This document shows positions 25,174-39,181 of a stretch of DNA of 64,000 nucleotides, piece after piece; the stretch's first letter is position 1; each line of letters starts with the position of its first letter. The notes under the pieces were generated by a model, which did no database searches, had not been told where the DNA came from, and worked only from the letters and a program-made list of their open reading frames with translations. The DNA is from Amoebidium appalachense. Taxonomy: Eukaryota > Protista > Ichthyosporea. The stretch lies in the NCBI GenBank assembly GCA_963693365.1, contig CAVNZM010000001.1:18028783-18092782 (forward strand), in the 5' to 3' direction. The position numbers and the translations under genes were made by a program.

Positions 25174-25185
25174 GGGGGGGCTGTC

Positions 25186-25224
<39 letters not shown>

Positions 25225-25358
25225 TTTGTGTGTGCGCGCGGCGCGCACTCGTCGGGAAGTTGGAAAGGAGAAGGGGGTGGGGGGTGGGGGATGGGGAACT
25301 GGGTGTATCTGGAGAGGGTAGGGGTGGGGGGGTCGGGGGAGGTGTGTGTGTGTGTGTG

Positions 25359-25397
<39 letters not shown>

Positions 25398-25648
25398 ATG
25401 GGAGGAACGAGCGCGAGCAACACGTGTTGTCAGAGTGAAGGACTACCTGACACATTAGTCGTTGCGGTTATGGTGTGCTCTAGTTTGCTGCGGGGTTTGG
25501 AATTTACATTGAGTCGGGCTGCAGGACACTGCACGAGACGCTGCAGGACGACAGCAAATTGCAAGCCCTGCAGCCGTTCCTGCCGGCAGACAGTTCTATT
25601 TTTAGCACGTTCCTGGACCAGCGAATGGGATTCAACGCAAAGAGGTAG
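21162..25648 (+). CDS. ALG13: UDP-N-acetylglucosamine transferase subunit ALG13; 4 exons
   Basis: Exons 21162-21254 ([14 protein letters not shown]), 22367-22550 ([27 protein letters not shown]), 23924-24062 ([28 protein letters not shown]) and 25525-25648. All are GT-AG and phase-compatible. Confidence 0.95.
21663..22200 (+). repeat. ~540-bp CT-rich compound microsatellite in ALG13 intron 1
   Basis: (CT)n, (CCCT)n and (CTCG)n arrays; pyrimidines on the sense strand. Confidence 0.9.
23721..23923 (+). repeat. ~33-bp tandem repeat, about 6 copies, ending at the ALG13 exon 3 acceptor
   Basis: Unit TTAACCCCAATATATCCAGGATATATCCATTG with variants. Confidence 0.9.
24370..24520 (+). repeat. Copy of the ~150-bp dispersed element family (ALG13 intron 3)
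   Basis: GGGTGGAAACTTGAGGTACTGTGGATG ... GTAACACATTGTTAACCT; 151 bp, the same length as the 19161 copy. Confidence 0.65.
24706..24860 (+). repeat. 5'-truncated copy of the dispersed element (ALG13 intron 3); a further partial copy lies at ~24960-25095
   Basis: GGGCCCTCCCTGAGGACGGGCTCTGCTTATG ... TTTCGCATTCCCAAC followed by poly-C; close reverse-complement match to 28735-28887. Confidence 0.75.
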
Positions 25649-26189
25649 CGCATCATTTGACCGGATGGCGGTGTGTGTGGATGGTGGTGGGGTTGGTGGG
25701 TGGGGATGATTTTGACATTCAACCATGAAGATAACATCGTCAGTTATAGTTATTTAGTTACTATCATATAGGGTGGACGGGATCCCAGGCGTATGCTCCT
25801 TGTTGCAAACACATGACTTGACACGACACATCGTTTGTTGTTTCGCTCATCATGGTAATGTGACCCTGCACAGCAAAAATTTACTGAAAATGTGTTAGGA
25901 AGGGGGTTGAGAGAATCAGTGCTTAAGGAGCTCAAATGTATCACTATGGGATGTGTACATCGTGTATGTAACCACAGTGACCGTATCAGTCGTATGCCCA
26001 CATGTATGCTGTATGAATGTAAACTAAACAAATAAACATTTTTGGGATGGTGCATGTGGCACAAGCCAAAGAGGGCTGCACAAAGGCTTCCACTTCACAC
26101 ACACACACACACACACCACACACACACACAAACGTATAGGTATATTATATATATATACACACGTACACATGCAACAAACACCCATGTGT

Positions 26190-26270
<81 letters not shown>

Positions 26271-27230
26271 CATACGTACCTTTCACACACACATCACTAA
26301 AGTATACGCGGAAGTATACACGCACGTAGACATTGAACACACGTACACGTATGCACACCAGCACCTGCACGCTCAGAGACACACACAAACACCTGCACAC
26401 ACATACACTCGCGCGTGTGTGCGCTGCATGCATGTGCACATGTACATCCCCTCCGGCCTGCTGTCCAACTTTCAAGTTTTTGCCCACGTTCGATCCAGTT
26501 ACACGTGCACGCATTTGCGCAAGTCACGTGCACACACATTCAGGTAGAAATCCGGAAGAAATGGAGTCTTTGGCCAGGGCAGCTCTTTGTAGCAGCTTCT
26601 CATACAATTGCATGCATGCAGTGTCAGCAGCAGAGCAAGATAATGCATGCCAATTGGGCTCAAGGTGCCGGTAGTTGTGATCATGTCAATAAGGGTCTAT
26701 TTGCAGGCCGGCACAGCCGGGCCAGATATTGACGTCATTCTGTGCACATCCACTGTCATACACGTCCACCGAGAATATCCAATAAGCACACGTATGGGCA
26801 AGTTGACTCACTGTGCGACTGTGTGGTCACTTGGAAATCTCACCAGTTGCCTAAATGGTCAGAATTCAATGGCATATGTGGGAACATGCACCATGGAACA
26901 AAACTAGAAAGGAAAACAAACATACCGATAGAAAGGTTACCGTAACCATAAACAATACATAGCGACTCATCGTGGTGGGGAACAATAAGGGCATAAGTGT
27001 ATGCTGAGCATTTCGAAGGTAATGCATACCGAGTGTCCCAAGCTTTTGCACAACACCAAACGCTTCCAAAGCGGATGTGTGCAAACCTACATTCGTTTTT
27101 TTGCGCCTTGTGACCTGCATGTGCACGTCTGCGTACACCCCGACCACAACCTCATTAGCGTGCACAATTACCGCTATCAAGCAACCACGTGCACATAACC
27201 AGTGCTGTGTTTGCACGCGCACATGCCCAC

Positions 27231-28233
27231 CTAGTAGTCATCGTCGTCATCCCCTGCATCCTCCGTGTAGTCTCTGTCCCCCCTGGCCTCCATCTTCAGC
27301 GTGGCCTTGCCCTTCTTGGGCTTCACCTTGCCTTTCTCCTGCGCCACAAAAAACACAAAGTTCGAGGGGGGTTCCTTTAGGTATTCGAATCGAATCAGAC
27401 CCGAATGGGACATACGCAATATGATTGGCTTGGTGCATATCACACAGCATTTAGCCCGACCCGAGGATGATCATAAAGCAGGAATAAAAAATCAGCCTAA
27501 AAGAAGCCCTCTTTGAGTACCTACACACACAACCTCAACAGAAAACATCAAAGGTGGAAAGTGTAGTTCGCAAACATTATCCTAGAACGAACAATTAGGC
27601 AGAACCCCCATACTATACATAACGTCCCAATTCAGAATTTTTTCTCCCGTCCCGTCCACTCAAGCTTCATGGTTTACTTTGAGCTAAATGCATGTGATCC
27701 TGTGAATGGAGTTCTGCACACATGCACTCTTAACGGCAAAAAAAGATGGAATATCTGCGTGCACGTCCGCGTGTATTTTGCCCGTGCTGTGTTCATGGGT
27801 GCACATGCAACCATGCATACTTTGCAATTGCCACGTCTGCACCCTGCCCCACTACTATCCCCTTCAAAAAGTCCGCACGTATGCGTGCACACCATCCGTG
27901 AGCATGCATGTGCACGCGTATGCATGCCAACACCACCCATGCACTCACGCCCTTACATCCCCGCCAACACGCACCCCCACAAGAACACCAGCAAACCCTT
28001 TTGAACTGGCCACATAGATGCACACACAGTGTCACACACACACATATCTGCAGCCGCAATCACACATGCACACATATCAGGGGCACACACCGCCTTCTGT
28101 TTGTCGTTTGCTATGTTGTTGAGCATGGAAACGATCTTCTTGACGTCATCAACACTCGCGTTGGCAGTGGCCTCCCTCAGGATCGTCTCGATCGTGAACG
28201 AATAGAACGGCGTGGACTGCAAAAGGGGGGGCA

Positions 28234-28280
<47 letters not shown>

Positions 28281-28347
28281 TGGTTAGACTGAGGTACATG
28301 GTACAAAGGGTAAAAGATATGCTCAAAGAGAGAGAGAGAAGGGGCAG

Positions 28348-28378
<31 letters not shown>

Positions 28379-29723
28379 AGGATGGACCAGGCCATGAGAA
28401 AGACACAAGATTTAGACAAAAAAGAACAAAAACATAAGTGCGCGAGCCCCCGTGTGCATGTGTGTGTGTCTCTGTGTGCGCGCGCGCGTGCGCGTGTGTG
28501 TATGTGTGTGTGTGCCCCCGGGAGGAGGGACGGTAGCGGCAGTATATGGTGAGAGAGAGACCGAGAGGGAGAGTGTGTGTGTGTGTGTGTATGTGTGTGT
28601 GTGACAGATAGGGGGGAGGGGGGGGGGGGGGGGGGGGGGAGGGGGGGGGGGAGAGGGGGGGGGGGGGGAGGGGAGAAAGAGACAGACAGAGATTCTGTGC
28701 CTGTGCCCCCGGGGGGGGGGGGGGGGGGGGGGGGGGGTTAGATGCGAAATACGGCACGTACTGCACATGCACGATGAGAAGCACGGTGCAGGACACATGA
28801 AAATGCAAACATTCAAGTATGCAACATCAGCAATGCGCACAGTATGCGTCATAAGCAAAGCCCATCCTCTGGGAGGGTCTTAGTCACGGGGGGAAGGGGG
28901 GAGGAGGAAAGACAGGACGTCATTATTCGCCACATGGTTAATCTAGGGGGATGCCGCTGCCGGCAGAGGCAAAAATGTGGCAGTCATTAATAGGAATGTG
29001 GTCACGGGATCACTAGTTGGGCATAGAATCTGGGGCCAAATTCTGCGATCGGCCCTTTAGAACGAAGTTGAAACTAGAAAAAAGGGTTTGGTGCCTTAGG
29101 AAAAAAAATGGGAAATAAAAAAAAAGGCGCAATATTAGTATAAGCTTATAGGGGCGTCCGATGCCGTCTTCATTGTCAAATTAAGGAAAAATCGGTTGGA
29201 ATTAGGCTTTAGCTGAGTTGCGCTGGGACCTCTCGCACCCGAACGATCCCTCAAGCCGCCAGGACTATGATAAGATGATGATTGCTTTTCATTTCGACCA
29301 TGGATGAGGGATTGGAGACCATACCATGCTTATAACAAATTTGCGCGTCGCTTTATATACTATCGTTTACATTATGCACACAAAGCTCGTTTACTATTGA
29401 GAAAAAAGACTTAATATTTAAAATGACTTTTGACTATTACCTACATAGTAGATTCTGACCACATTCCAATCTCGCCAGTCACTATAAATCCTGGTCTATT
29501 TTTAGTAAATTACTGGAGTGAACATATCCCGAATACTGCCTGAAAAGTGGTGGTGTGGGCAGGTGAGTTACTGGCTTTGATATTCTTCCATGCCAAGTGT
29601 TCTGGTAGGTGTTCACCGCGCACGTGTAGGTGCTCCTGGTGTTTTTGCTTGCATGCTGATGTGTGTCTTTCTGTGTGCATGTGCCATTCTGCATGTGTGT
29701 ATGGGCTTGTGTTTGTGCTTGTG

Positions 29724-29787
<64 letters not shown>

Positions 29788-30453
29788 CGACAACACGACA
29801 CAGCACCTAATTGCAGACACGATCACAGAGATTAACTACTTATAAGCTGCCCATTTTTCCTTCCCCAGAGCATGCACCCGCCGCCACACATGCACACGTG
29901 CAAATCACGTGACATTGCACCCTCTTCCCATGCATACACGTGCAAATCACGTGACATTGCACCATCTTCTCATGCATACACGTGCACCCACCTGGAGGGA
30001 CGATAGCCTCTTAGCCACCAACTTTGCCAACTCTGCGAACTCTTCCTTTGATTTGGGCTGCAGCGCCGCAAACTCACCACCTGAAAAAAAAAATAATCAA
30101 AGTCAGTGTGTGATCTCAACAAATCTTGCAACATGTAAGGATGCAAAAGGGTGTATAGAAAAAAGTCAATCAGTTTGTAATCTGCCCTCGTGGAAGGCAC
30201 CGGAAAAATGTACAAATCATTGTGTCATTCTATAAATAAATAAAAAAAACTAATACAGATAACGGTGAAACAAATGAACAGATGTCCAGTATCACACACA
30301 CCCGTGTGCCACCCGCCTCTATGCATTCAAGAAGTAAGGGAATATACCGGGTACACCCTTTCCACCAGACACTGATCTTTTTAACACCTCGTGTCATCAG
30401 GGTAAACCATAAAGCGTGGAGTTGTGTGTGTGTGTTTAAAAGGAGGCAGGGAC

Positions 30454-30486
<33 letters not shown>

Positions 30487-30575
30487 GGGGGGCAAAGAGG
30501 AGCACATGCCCCCCCCCCCCCCCCCCCCCCCCCCCTACCCACACACACACCACCCCTCCCATCCCCCCCACCACC

Positions 30576-30645
<70 letters not shown>

Positions 30646-31133
30646 AAATCTCTCCTCACAATATCTACCCAACTGTCAACCAGAACCAAACCGTAACCTA
30701 TCCCTTCCTTCCACTCACATTCTCTCTCTTCATCCCACACTACCTGCAAGACCACCACTAAATATTTATGCGGATACCACCACTAACCCACCAAGATACC
30801 ACACAGCCCACCCACCTGCTTTCCTTCTTGCCGGTACGTCTTTCTTTGCATTCAAACCCTGTCAACACCCCAACAGTTAGCAAACATCAGCTACCCCTCC
30901 AGTGTTAGCCCTTATCCCCGCCCCCCCCCCCCCCCCCCCCCCCCCCCCCCACCCCCAACACACACACACCACCACCACCACCACACACACACATACGCGT
31001 GTGCTCCCCTTGCCCGACCATTCATTAAAATAGAACCAGTAGGCACCGTTCACCCACAAACATAGCGACCCTTTACCTTACCATCAGTATACCATTCCAT
31101 CCATCCTCCCCCTTCCCCGCCCCCTCCCCCTCA

Positions 31134-31164
<31 letters not shown>

Positions 31165-31407
31165 CACCCGCCCAACCCCACACACGCACACGCACACCCA
31201 CACACAACCACACCACTTCATCAATGTGCAACAAATCAGTCCTTGCCTGCCTGCTGCATCTTTCAACGAATCCTTTTCTGTCCCTTCACATAAACCTTCC
31301 ACATACCCTCCTTACCTCACCACACGTTTCGACCCAGAAAAAGGCACGAATACCCGCACACACACACGATCACTCATCCACCAACCACAATGCAGACAGC
31401 AACACAG

Positions 31408-31460
<53 letters not shown>

Positions 31461-31662
31461 CACAGACACACACACATACACACATGCACACACAAAACAC
31501 ACAGGACTCACCACATCGTCTGCAGGGTTTGATTCCTTTTGCTGCTCTTTCTCTTTCAACACCTGCCGCAGCACAAACCAAGTCAGTATACACGACCCGC
31601 AAGAATCCGTGTAAAAAAAAAAAACGAAAAAAAGCCACACCTTTTCGCTAATGGTCCTCTCT

Positions 31663-31721
<59 letters not shown>

Positions 31722-31924
31722 ACACGCAAAAAAAAAAAAACCCACACACACAAACCACCACCACCATCCCGACCGCCACCACACACCTCGCCGCACCATT
31801 CGACCTAAACGCAAAACCCCACTCATCCCCAATTCTGGTCTATACCCCGTCGTTTCAAAAAATGCACATCTACACTCTCTTGCACCCAGATGCCTCAATC
31901 ATTCCCTTGCCTTTCATCCCCCCC

Positions 31925-31955
<31 letters not shown>

Positions 31956-32130
31956 AATTAATAAAAAAAAAAATAAATAAACAAATAAATAAATAAATAG
32001 TCCCACGGGGGTGCCCCAACCACACAAAAAAATATCGCTACACACCACCCACAATAATACGTTCTACCCTCCTTGGCCGTTGCCTTCCAATCCATCCTCC
32101 TCTCTCACCTCCTTCCTGCCCCGACCCCCC

Positions 32131-32185
<55 letters not shown>

Positions 32186-33398
32186 AAAAAAAAAGGGGGA
32201 GGGAAAAAAGCAAAAACCCAACCACCCCCCACCTGCTTCAAGGATTTCTTTTTTGGTTGGGCAGCGGCGGTAGCGCCAGGCTCAGGGGTGGCTGCTTTCT
32301 GCGAGGGGGTGCCCTCTTCCTCCTCCGAATCCGCGTCCCAATCGTCCTGGAAAGGAAAAAGAAGAATTAAAATCAGCTTACAAGTAGGAAAATGCTGACC
32401 CACACATTTGTAAACAGCCATTCCCTTCCCCTTCCCCCCCCCGAAAAAAGGGGGAAAAAACAACATGTCCTCCCCTGTCCCCCCTCCCCCTCCCTCCCAG
32501 CCCCCCCTCCCCCTCCCCCCGTCCCCCTCCCCCTCACACACAGCCTTTTCTTCCTGCCCTTCTCCTCCCTTACCCCCTCCCCCCCCCCCCCCCCCCCCCC
32601 GCCGACCCCACACACACCACACCCAGGACACCACACACGGTAGCTCTTGGGGACTATCAAAGGTATCTCAGCCCCCCCCCCCCCCCCCCCCCCCCCCCTC
32701 CCCCCAACACACACAACCCTCCCAACACACACATCGATCAAACCCCCATCTGCTGTCTTGCCTTGTCTCCTCCATGCTACCAAACCACTGCATATCAGAG
32801 AACCCCCTACCCCCCCCCTACCCCCCCCCCCTCCCCTCCTCCTCCCCTCCCCCCCCCCCCCAGGGGAACACAACAGGAAGCTATGCCCTCACAGCACTAC
32901 CCCCCCATCCCCCCCCCCCCCCCCACCCCCACCCCGTCCCAACCCTCCCTCTGACTACACCACTAACGCCTTCTCCTTCCCCTTCCTGGCTCCAGCTCGT
33001 TCTCTCCAATCCCATCCCCCTACCTTCACCCCCTCCCCCCCCCACACAGACACACCTCCCCACACCCCTAACAAAAATAACCGTTCTATCAAAAAAAAGT
33101 ATTGGGGCAGGGGGAAATGGGAAACGAAAGGGCGAAGAACATAAGAAAAGCAAGCACCACTGCTTTTCCTTTGAGTTTGGGTGTGTGGGAAGGGGGGTGG
33201 GGGGGGGGGGGGGAAGGCACCAACAGAATGCCCCCCTCCCCCTCCCCCCTCCCCCCTTGCCCCCCCTCTTATCATTAGAAAGCACAAGGTACAAAACAGG
33301 AAAGCCCCGAATATGACCAGAAACAAACTCCAGCAACTAAAGGGTATCTTTGAGGCCTATCTGTGGGTATGCGTGTGTGTGTCTCTGTGTGTGTCTCT

Positions 33399-33487
<89 letters not shown>

Positions 33488-33742
33488 GGGAGGTATGTGT
33501 GTGCGCGGATGCTCACTTGCACATGTTGTGAGTGTTGGGCACACGCAACAGGGTGTGTATAGTCTGTGCTCGAAATTCATAACGCATGCAAGTAGTCATG
33601 AAATAAAGTGTATGCTGGGGAAACTGTGTGTACGCGCAGGTGTATGTGTATGTGTTTGTGTGTTTATCAAGCTTGCTGCACACATGCACAAGTGCATGTC
33701 TGCTTGTCCGTCCGTCCGTCCGTGTATGTGTGTGTGTGTGTG

Positions 33743-33799
<57 letters not shown>

Positions 33800-34502
33800 T
33801 TGCATCTGTAAGCACACACTGGCACCCACCTTGTGTGTGTGTATGTGTGTCTTTGCGTCTGTAAGCACACACTGGCACCCACCTTCACGTCATCCTCATC
33901 CTCATCCTCGTCCTCAAACCCGATCTGTGCCGTGCGCTTTGGCACCTGTGGCTCGAAATCATCGTCCTCTGCGGCCACACAACCATGTCAGTGCTGTTTA
34001 ACAGACTTCTTGTATCTCACTGAATTCAGGCCTTTGGTGTTTATGCGCATGTTCACACCAGTTAGCCGATCTGTGTGTGCTCTTGCACCACGCGCTTGAA
34101 CACGGTTAATTAAATTGCATAAACAGATGTGGGTGTGTAGCTGTGCACGTTGACAGGAGCCTGAAGGTGATGGATGCCCAAAAAACTGCTTCACAGCTGT
34201 TTCTCCTTTGAAGAGAGTAGAGGCGGTTGTTATGTCTTCTGTAAACTGAAATCGTACGTGCGCAGAGCAGCGTGTGACTGGTTGTAAGTGTTCTCCCTGC
34301 TTATCAAAGGCTACCAATAATTGTCAACATGCGAAGCATCAACAGGAGTGTGACCACGGTCTAAAAGCGAACAAAGGCTTTTGGGTTAGGGTTGGTCGCC
34401 ATGGGCTACTGGAACCGCCAACACATCAACCTAATCCAGGGACAGTGCGCCAGCACTGAACGCGCTAAGAAGCCATAAGGGAGGACACTAACCCCAAGAC
34501 AT
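27231..34502 (-). CDS. EIF3J: Eukaryotic translation initiation factor 3 subunit J (Hcr1); 8 coding exons
   Basis: Exons 34502-34493, 33968-33883, 32346-32233, 31562-31512, 30858-30816, 30080-29992, 28216-28091 and 27338-27231. They give [86 protein letters not shown]. Confidence 0.9.
28735..28887 (-). repeat. Copy of the dispersed element (eIF3j intron)
   Basis: GGGTTAGATGCG ... ATAAGCAAAGCCCATCCTCTGGGAGGGTC on +, abutting poly-G. Confidence 0.75.
29889..29986. repeat. ~43-bp tandem duplication rich in CACGTG
   Basis: ACACGTGCAAATCACGTGACATTGCACC..TCTTC.CATGCAT, 2.3 copies, five CACGTG sites. Confidence 0.8.
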
Positions 34503-35608
34503 GGTGCCTGTGTGCTCCTACAACAACTTGAATTACTATACACAGTATACTTTCTTCGTTCTTGTGTGTTTAGTTGCACAACTGCTTTGGCGTCACATGT
34601 GCCACGGGTCGGAACTGTTCGATCAATTCGAGCCGAATCTGACATTTCGATTCGAATAACAACCCGAGCCGGATTGATAGCGACGGCCCGGGGGGGGGGG
34701 GAGGGGGGGGGGGGGGGGGGGGGGAGGGGGGGATACTTCTATCATTCTAGTCAAGTGAGGGCAATTGCTAAATTAGGCTGTCAGAGAAAGAAAAAACTTT
34801 TGAACGCACACGTTCAATCTTCAAGGGCAAAAAGTATGCATCATGGGGATTCGATGACACGGCATTCAATATAATAAAAACTGCACTATGCACATGGGGA
34901 TCATGTGATGGGGATGACACATCACCGTCACCATCACAAGGCATCAAAACCTCTTATATAGCACTCCAAAATATAGGAGTGTTTCAAGGAGCCCATGCAA
35001 GGCATTGACAATACCGATCTATCGGTAATGGGGATGACACATCAGTATCACCATCGCCAGGACAAAGTGTAAAAGTCTTTTGTTACGAGCATGTACATAT
35101 GTGAACCAGGTATTTCAATCTACGTGTGCACAATCGCTACTCAAATTTATGGTGTTCTTTCTGCATTCACCTTCTCACCACCTTTCCTTTCTCCTCTTCT
35201 CTTGTCCAACGCTTGCAAACTTTGTTGTTGATGCTCTGACTGGACGCAAATACATAGGCTGTTTGCATCTTGTGAATGGTTGCTGGCTAGTTGTAGACGT
35301 GGTGGGTGAGTTGTGTTGTGACACCTATTTCCATCTCGGAATTGTCTTTCAGGCCGGTTCGACGATTCCCTGGACCCTATGCCTCCATGCTTGGGCGGCC
35401 TTAGGTTTTTTTTCCGCGTTTATGGAGCAAATGGTCCCGAGGGAGCTTGACGGCAACAAGGAGCTGGAGGCTTAGCTCTTGATCTTACCATGAGATCTGT
35501 GGGACTGATGTTGACGAGAATGTGCCCGGAAAAGTGTGAGGTGTGTTTTCCCCGCCGCTGCCATGTCTCGAATCCCCTCCCCTACAGAGACCTCTTCCTC
35601 TCTCTCCG

Positions 35609-35648
<40 letters not shown>

Positions 35649-35833
35649 CCCCTCTCCCCCCGCCGGGGCACCTTCTTTCTCTCCCTGTGTTTCTGGAAGT
35701 ATGACTCAGTAAAAATTTGTTAACACGACTCGGCTTGAAACAAACGATAAACAGGTAGAACTACCGAAAAACAAATCACCACAATAACACAAGCCCTCTC
35801 CCTTAAGCCTCTCCCCCCTCCCCTCCCCCCCTT

Positions 35834-35872
<39 letters not shown>

Positions 35873-36008
35873 AAAAAAAAAAAATCCGGGCTCTTAAGTA
35901 TTCCCGTGCAACCCATCAACCACAAAGCCATCACATGTCCTTCGCGCTTGGATGTTTATTGCTGACCCAACTGAACCCAATGCAATCCAACCCAACCCTT
36001 CCAACCTC

Positions 36009-36055
<47 letters not shown>

Positions 36056-36115
36056 CCCAAACAAAAAAAAAGTAAACTAAAAAACAAATAATAGAACTCG
36101 AACACACGTGACACA

Positions 36116-36180
<65 letters not shown>

Positions 36181-36785
36181 CACAGCCCCATTTTGAGACT
36201 GCCTGCCGACGTCAAAAATGACTTGAGCTGGTATATGCTGAACCCCAGTTAGCACTAGTCAGTCGCATGTACATGTTACTTGCTTCTATAGATCTATGGA
36301 TAGTACTGCCATTTACATAGCTGTTTCAGATGACCTCTCTGTTATTTGGATTGCTGCACTTTGGCAGATGCTGTAGAGTTATGAGCCACTACAAAGCCTT
36401 AGTGCCGCAAGCGCCGATTTGTAATTTAGAGTGAAGCTCAACGGGGACCGAGAGAGAAGGAGGGAGAGTGCAGGCAAGATTCAATTCGGACATCTGCAAT
36501 TTTTTAACTTGGGCGGGCTAGATGCTCCTTTGACCAATACCATCATTAAGCCCCATAATGACATGTAATGGGAGATTCACACCCAGGATGCATGGAACCA
36601 CACGTGGCAATCATCACAATCAATGCCAGTATGCTTTCCTAGGGATAGAAATATTCGTCATTCAACACCACTATTCCACCATATCCTTATGATGATTACC
36701 ATATCTCTGATATTTATTATGAGTATATAGTTAGTAATGAAAAACATGTAGTTATGGGGATTCACACACCCTAAAATTTGCTGAT

Positions 36786-37351
36786 GTACGCCTACGACAG
36801 CACCAAGAGATCGTGCGACAACACCAACGAGTGCACCACGGGCGCACACAACAGTTACTGCGACAAGTTGAACGGAGAGTGCACGGACAACACCGGCTCC
36901 TTTAGCTGCCGCTGCCAGTCCGGGTACACGGGTCTGGGTGTGGCAGGGACCTGCCAGGCCGAACCCACGTGCACTGCCAAATATGGGCAGTACTATAGCG
37001 CTGGCAAGGTCAAGCTCACGGCGGTTAACGAACTTGCAGGGGACCATCAACACGACCGAGATCGGCATTCCCATCGGCAGCGTGCACATTGTCGTGGCCT
37101 GTACTACCGGTGCTATCCCCGGGGTGTCCAAGCAGGGTTACCCTGTGCCCGGCCAGTTTGTGCAAGACTGCAAGGGCACAAACTGTGTGGCCACCGCCAC
37201 CACCACCAACGTCAACAAACTGGTCTATTCCAGCCCCGTGCTCAACCTCAGCAAGTTGACGTGCAAGTCGTACATCGTGGTGGTGCATTACACCCTCGGT
37301 GCTGAGACTGTTTTTGGCTGCGGCATGTGCTCTGCTACTGGCTGTGGCTAA
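36786..37351 (+). pseudogene. Orphan 3' gene remnant with a calcium-binding EGF domain and a Cys-containing beta-rich C-terminal domain
   Basis: CDNTNECTTGAHNSYCDKLNGECTDNTGSFSCRCQSGYTG is a cbEGF pattern. A frameshift near 37025 leads into NLQGTINTTEIGIP..CGMCSATGCG*. No upstream exons recognised. Confidence 0.65.
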
Positions 37352-38190
37352 AGCTTTGGTGGTTCCCGCTGGGCCTCCTACATGACGTATTAGGATTTTG
37401 GGAAGGGGGAAGGGCGGGGGGGGGGGAGGGGGGGGGGGGGGGGGGGGAGGCACGTCTCTGTGATGTTTGATTTCGATTTGTAGCAATTTGTAAAGTGTAA
37501 GTTGTTTGTGTAATCGATTAACGTTGTTTACTTTCATTGACATTGTTCGCCAACACTTTGTATGATTGACATTGTTCGCCAACAATTTGTAAAGTGCAAA
37601 CTGTACGCTTTACATTGCAATTATTGATGGACCTTTTTTGCCAATGGTAAACGTGGCCCACGGTAATTTGATTGTTTGCCTTATGGTAAATTCATGGTTG
37701 TACATTGATCGCCACTTAAGCTTGTTTGCCAAGTGACTTGGTATAATGTCACTTTTATACAGACCATGTGTATACTTGTACTTGACTACTTCTTTGACAA
37801 TTTTTAAGGCACTCCTAACTTCACCGGCCGCGGGCAAACACTAACGGTTTGCGTTCTTCCGGGGCATATGTGAGTGCTACTTCTTAGACTAGTCTGGTGT
37901 CCGCATTGAATCATTGCTGCCAGCGCGAATATTCATTAATATTTAATATCCAATCGATATCGTTGACCAAACATCACCTTGCAACCGGCCAACTTAGGCC
38001 GCCAAAGTTACTTTGAAAATTCGCCTAGCAAGCTTAAGAGTGATCACCCGGTTACCCCCCCCCCCCCCCCCCCCCCCCCCCCTCTCCCCCCCCCCCTCCC
38101 CCCCCTCCCTCAACCACCACCACCACCATCACCAAAAAAAAAAAAAAAAAAAAAAAAAGACCCTCTTCTTCCCCTTCTTCCCCTTCCCCC

Positions 38191-38229
<39 letters not shown>

Positions 38230-38304
38230 ACCACCACCACCACCACCACCACCCACCCACCCACCCACCCACCCATCTCTCTAAGTCTTTCCTTGCTAAC
38301 ATCA

Positions 38305-38342
<38 letters not shown>

Positions 38343-38558
38343 ACCTCCCCCCCTCCAAAAAAAAGAAAGACAAAGAAAAACAAACGCCCAACCACCCCAA
38401 AACCCTCTTCCGAACGATCTCCCCCCCCCCCCCCCCCCCCTCAAAAAAATAAAAAATAAAATTAAAAATAAAATTAAAGTAAAAAAAAAACAAATCAAAA
38501 ACAAATCAAAAACAAAAACAAAAAAAAACATGTACCCCAAAATGGACCACATCCCTCT

Positions 38559-38594
<36 letters not shown>

Positions 38595-39146
38595 TTCCCC
38601 TCCCTCCCCCCATCTCCCTAACTATCTTTCCTTAAGCAAAGCTTTCCAACATCATTCACTTCCTTGCACAACATCATCCCCTCTTCCCTTGCTCCTTCCT
38701 CTCTTCGCATATCTGGATCTCCTTTTCAAGAGTGACTGTCTCCGTAACCCCCCCCCCCCCCCCCCCCACCCCACCACCACCACCATCCACCATTCCTCCA
38801 CTGCTCCCACTTTCCACCCACCCATGGCCAACTCCCCCCCCCCCCCCCCCCCCCTCCCCCCACCCTCTTTCCACCGCTAGGCCTCTACCGATCCCACCTC
38901 CCCCGGTTACCCCCTAGAAGAAAAATGAAAACCCTTAAATAATGCATCTCACCTAATGTTCCAGAGCGCAACAGGGGGATGGGGGGTTGGGGAGGGTCCA
39001 GTGTAGGGGATGCTGCATCAGAATCGTCACGACTATTTTGAGCAAATTACGGGTTCAAGGTGTGCACAAATCACGATTTTCAACCTAGAGATCCTGTTTG
39101 TGTAAATTAGGTATACGGAGGTAGTGGGTGGGTGGGTGGGTTAGGG

Positions 39147-39176
<30 letters not shown>

Positions 39177-39181
<5 letters not shown>

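Noticed and set aside
34381-34393. TTGGGTTAGGGTT as an interstitial telomere
   Set aside because: Only two imperfect units.
35161-35565. Possible small minus-strand gene with a Myb-like KRWTREEE stretch
   Set aside because: No coherent spliced ORF could be built and the motif is followed closely by a stop.
37610-37837. 75-aa AT-rich minus ORF as a viral or TE fragment
   Set aside because: No recognisable motif and no ATG start; cannot be supported.
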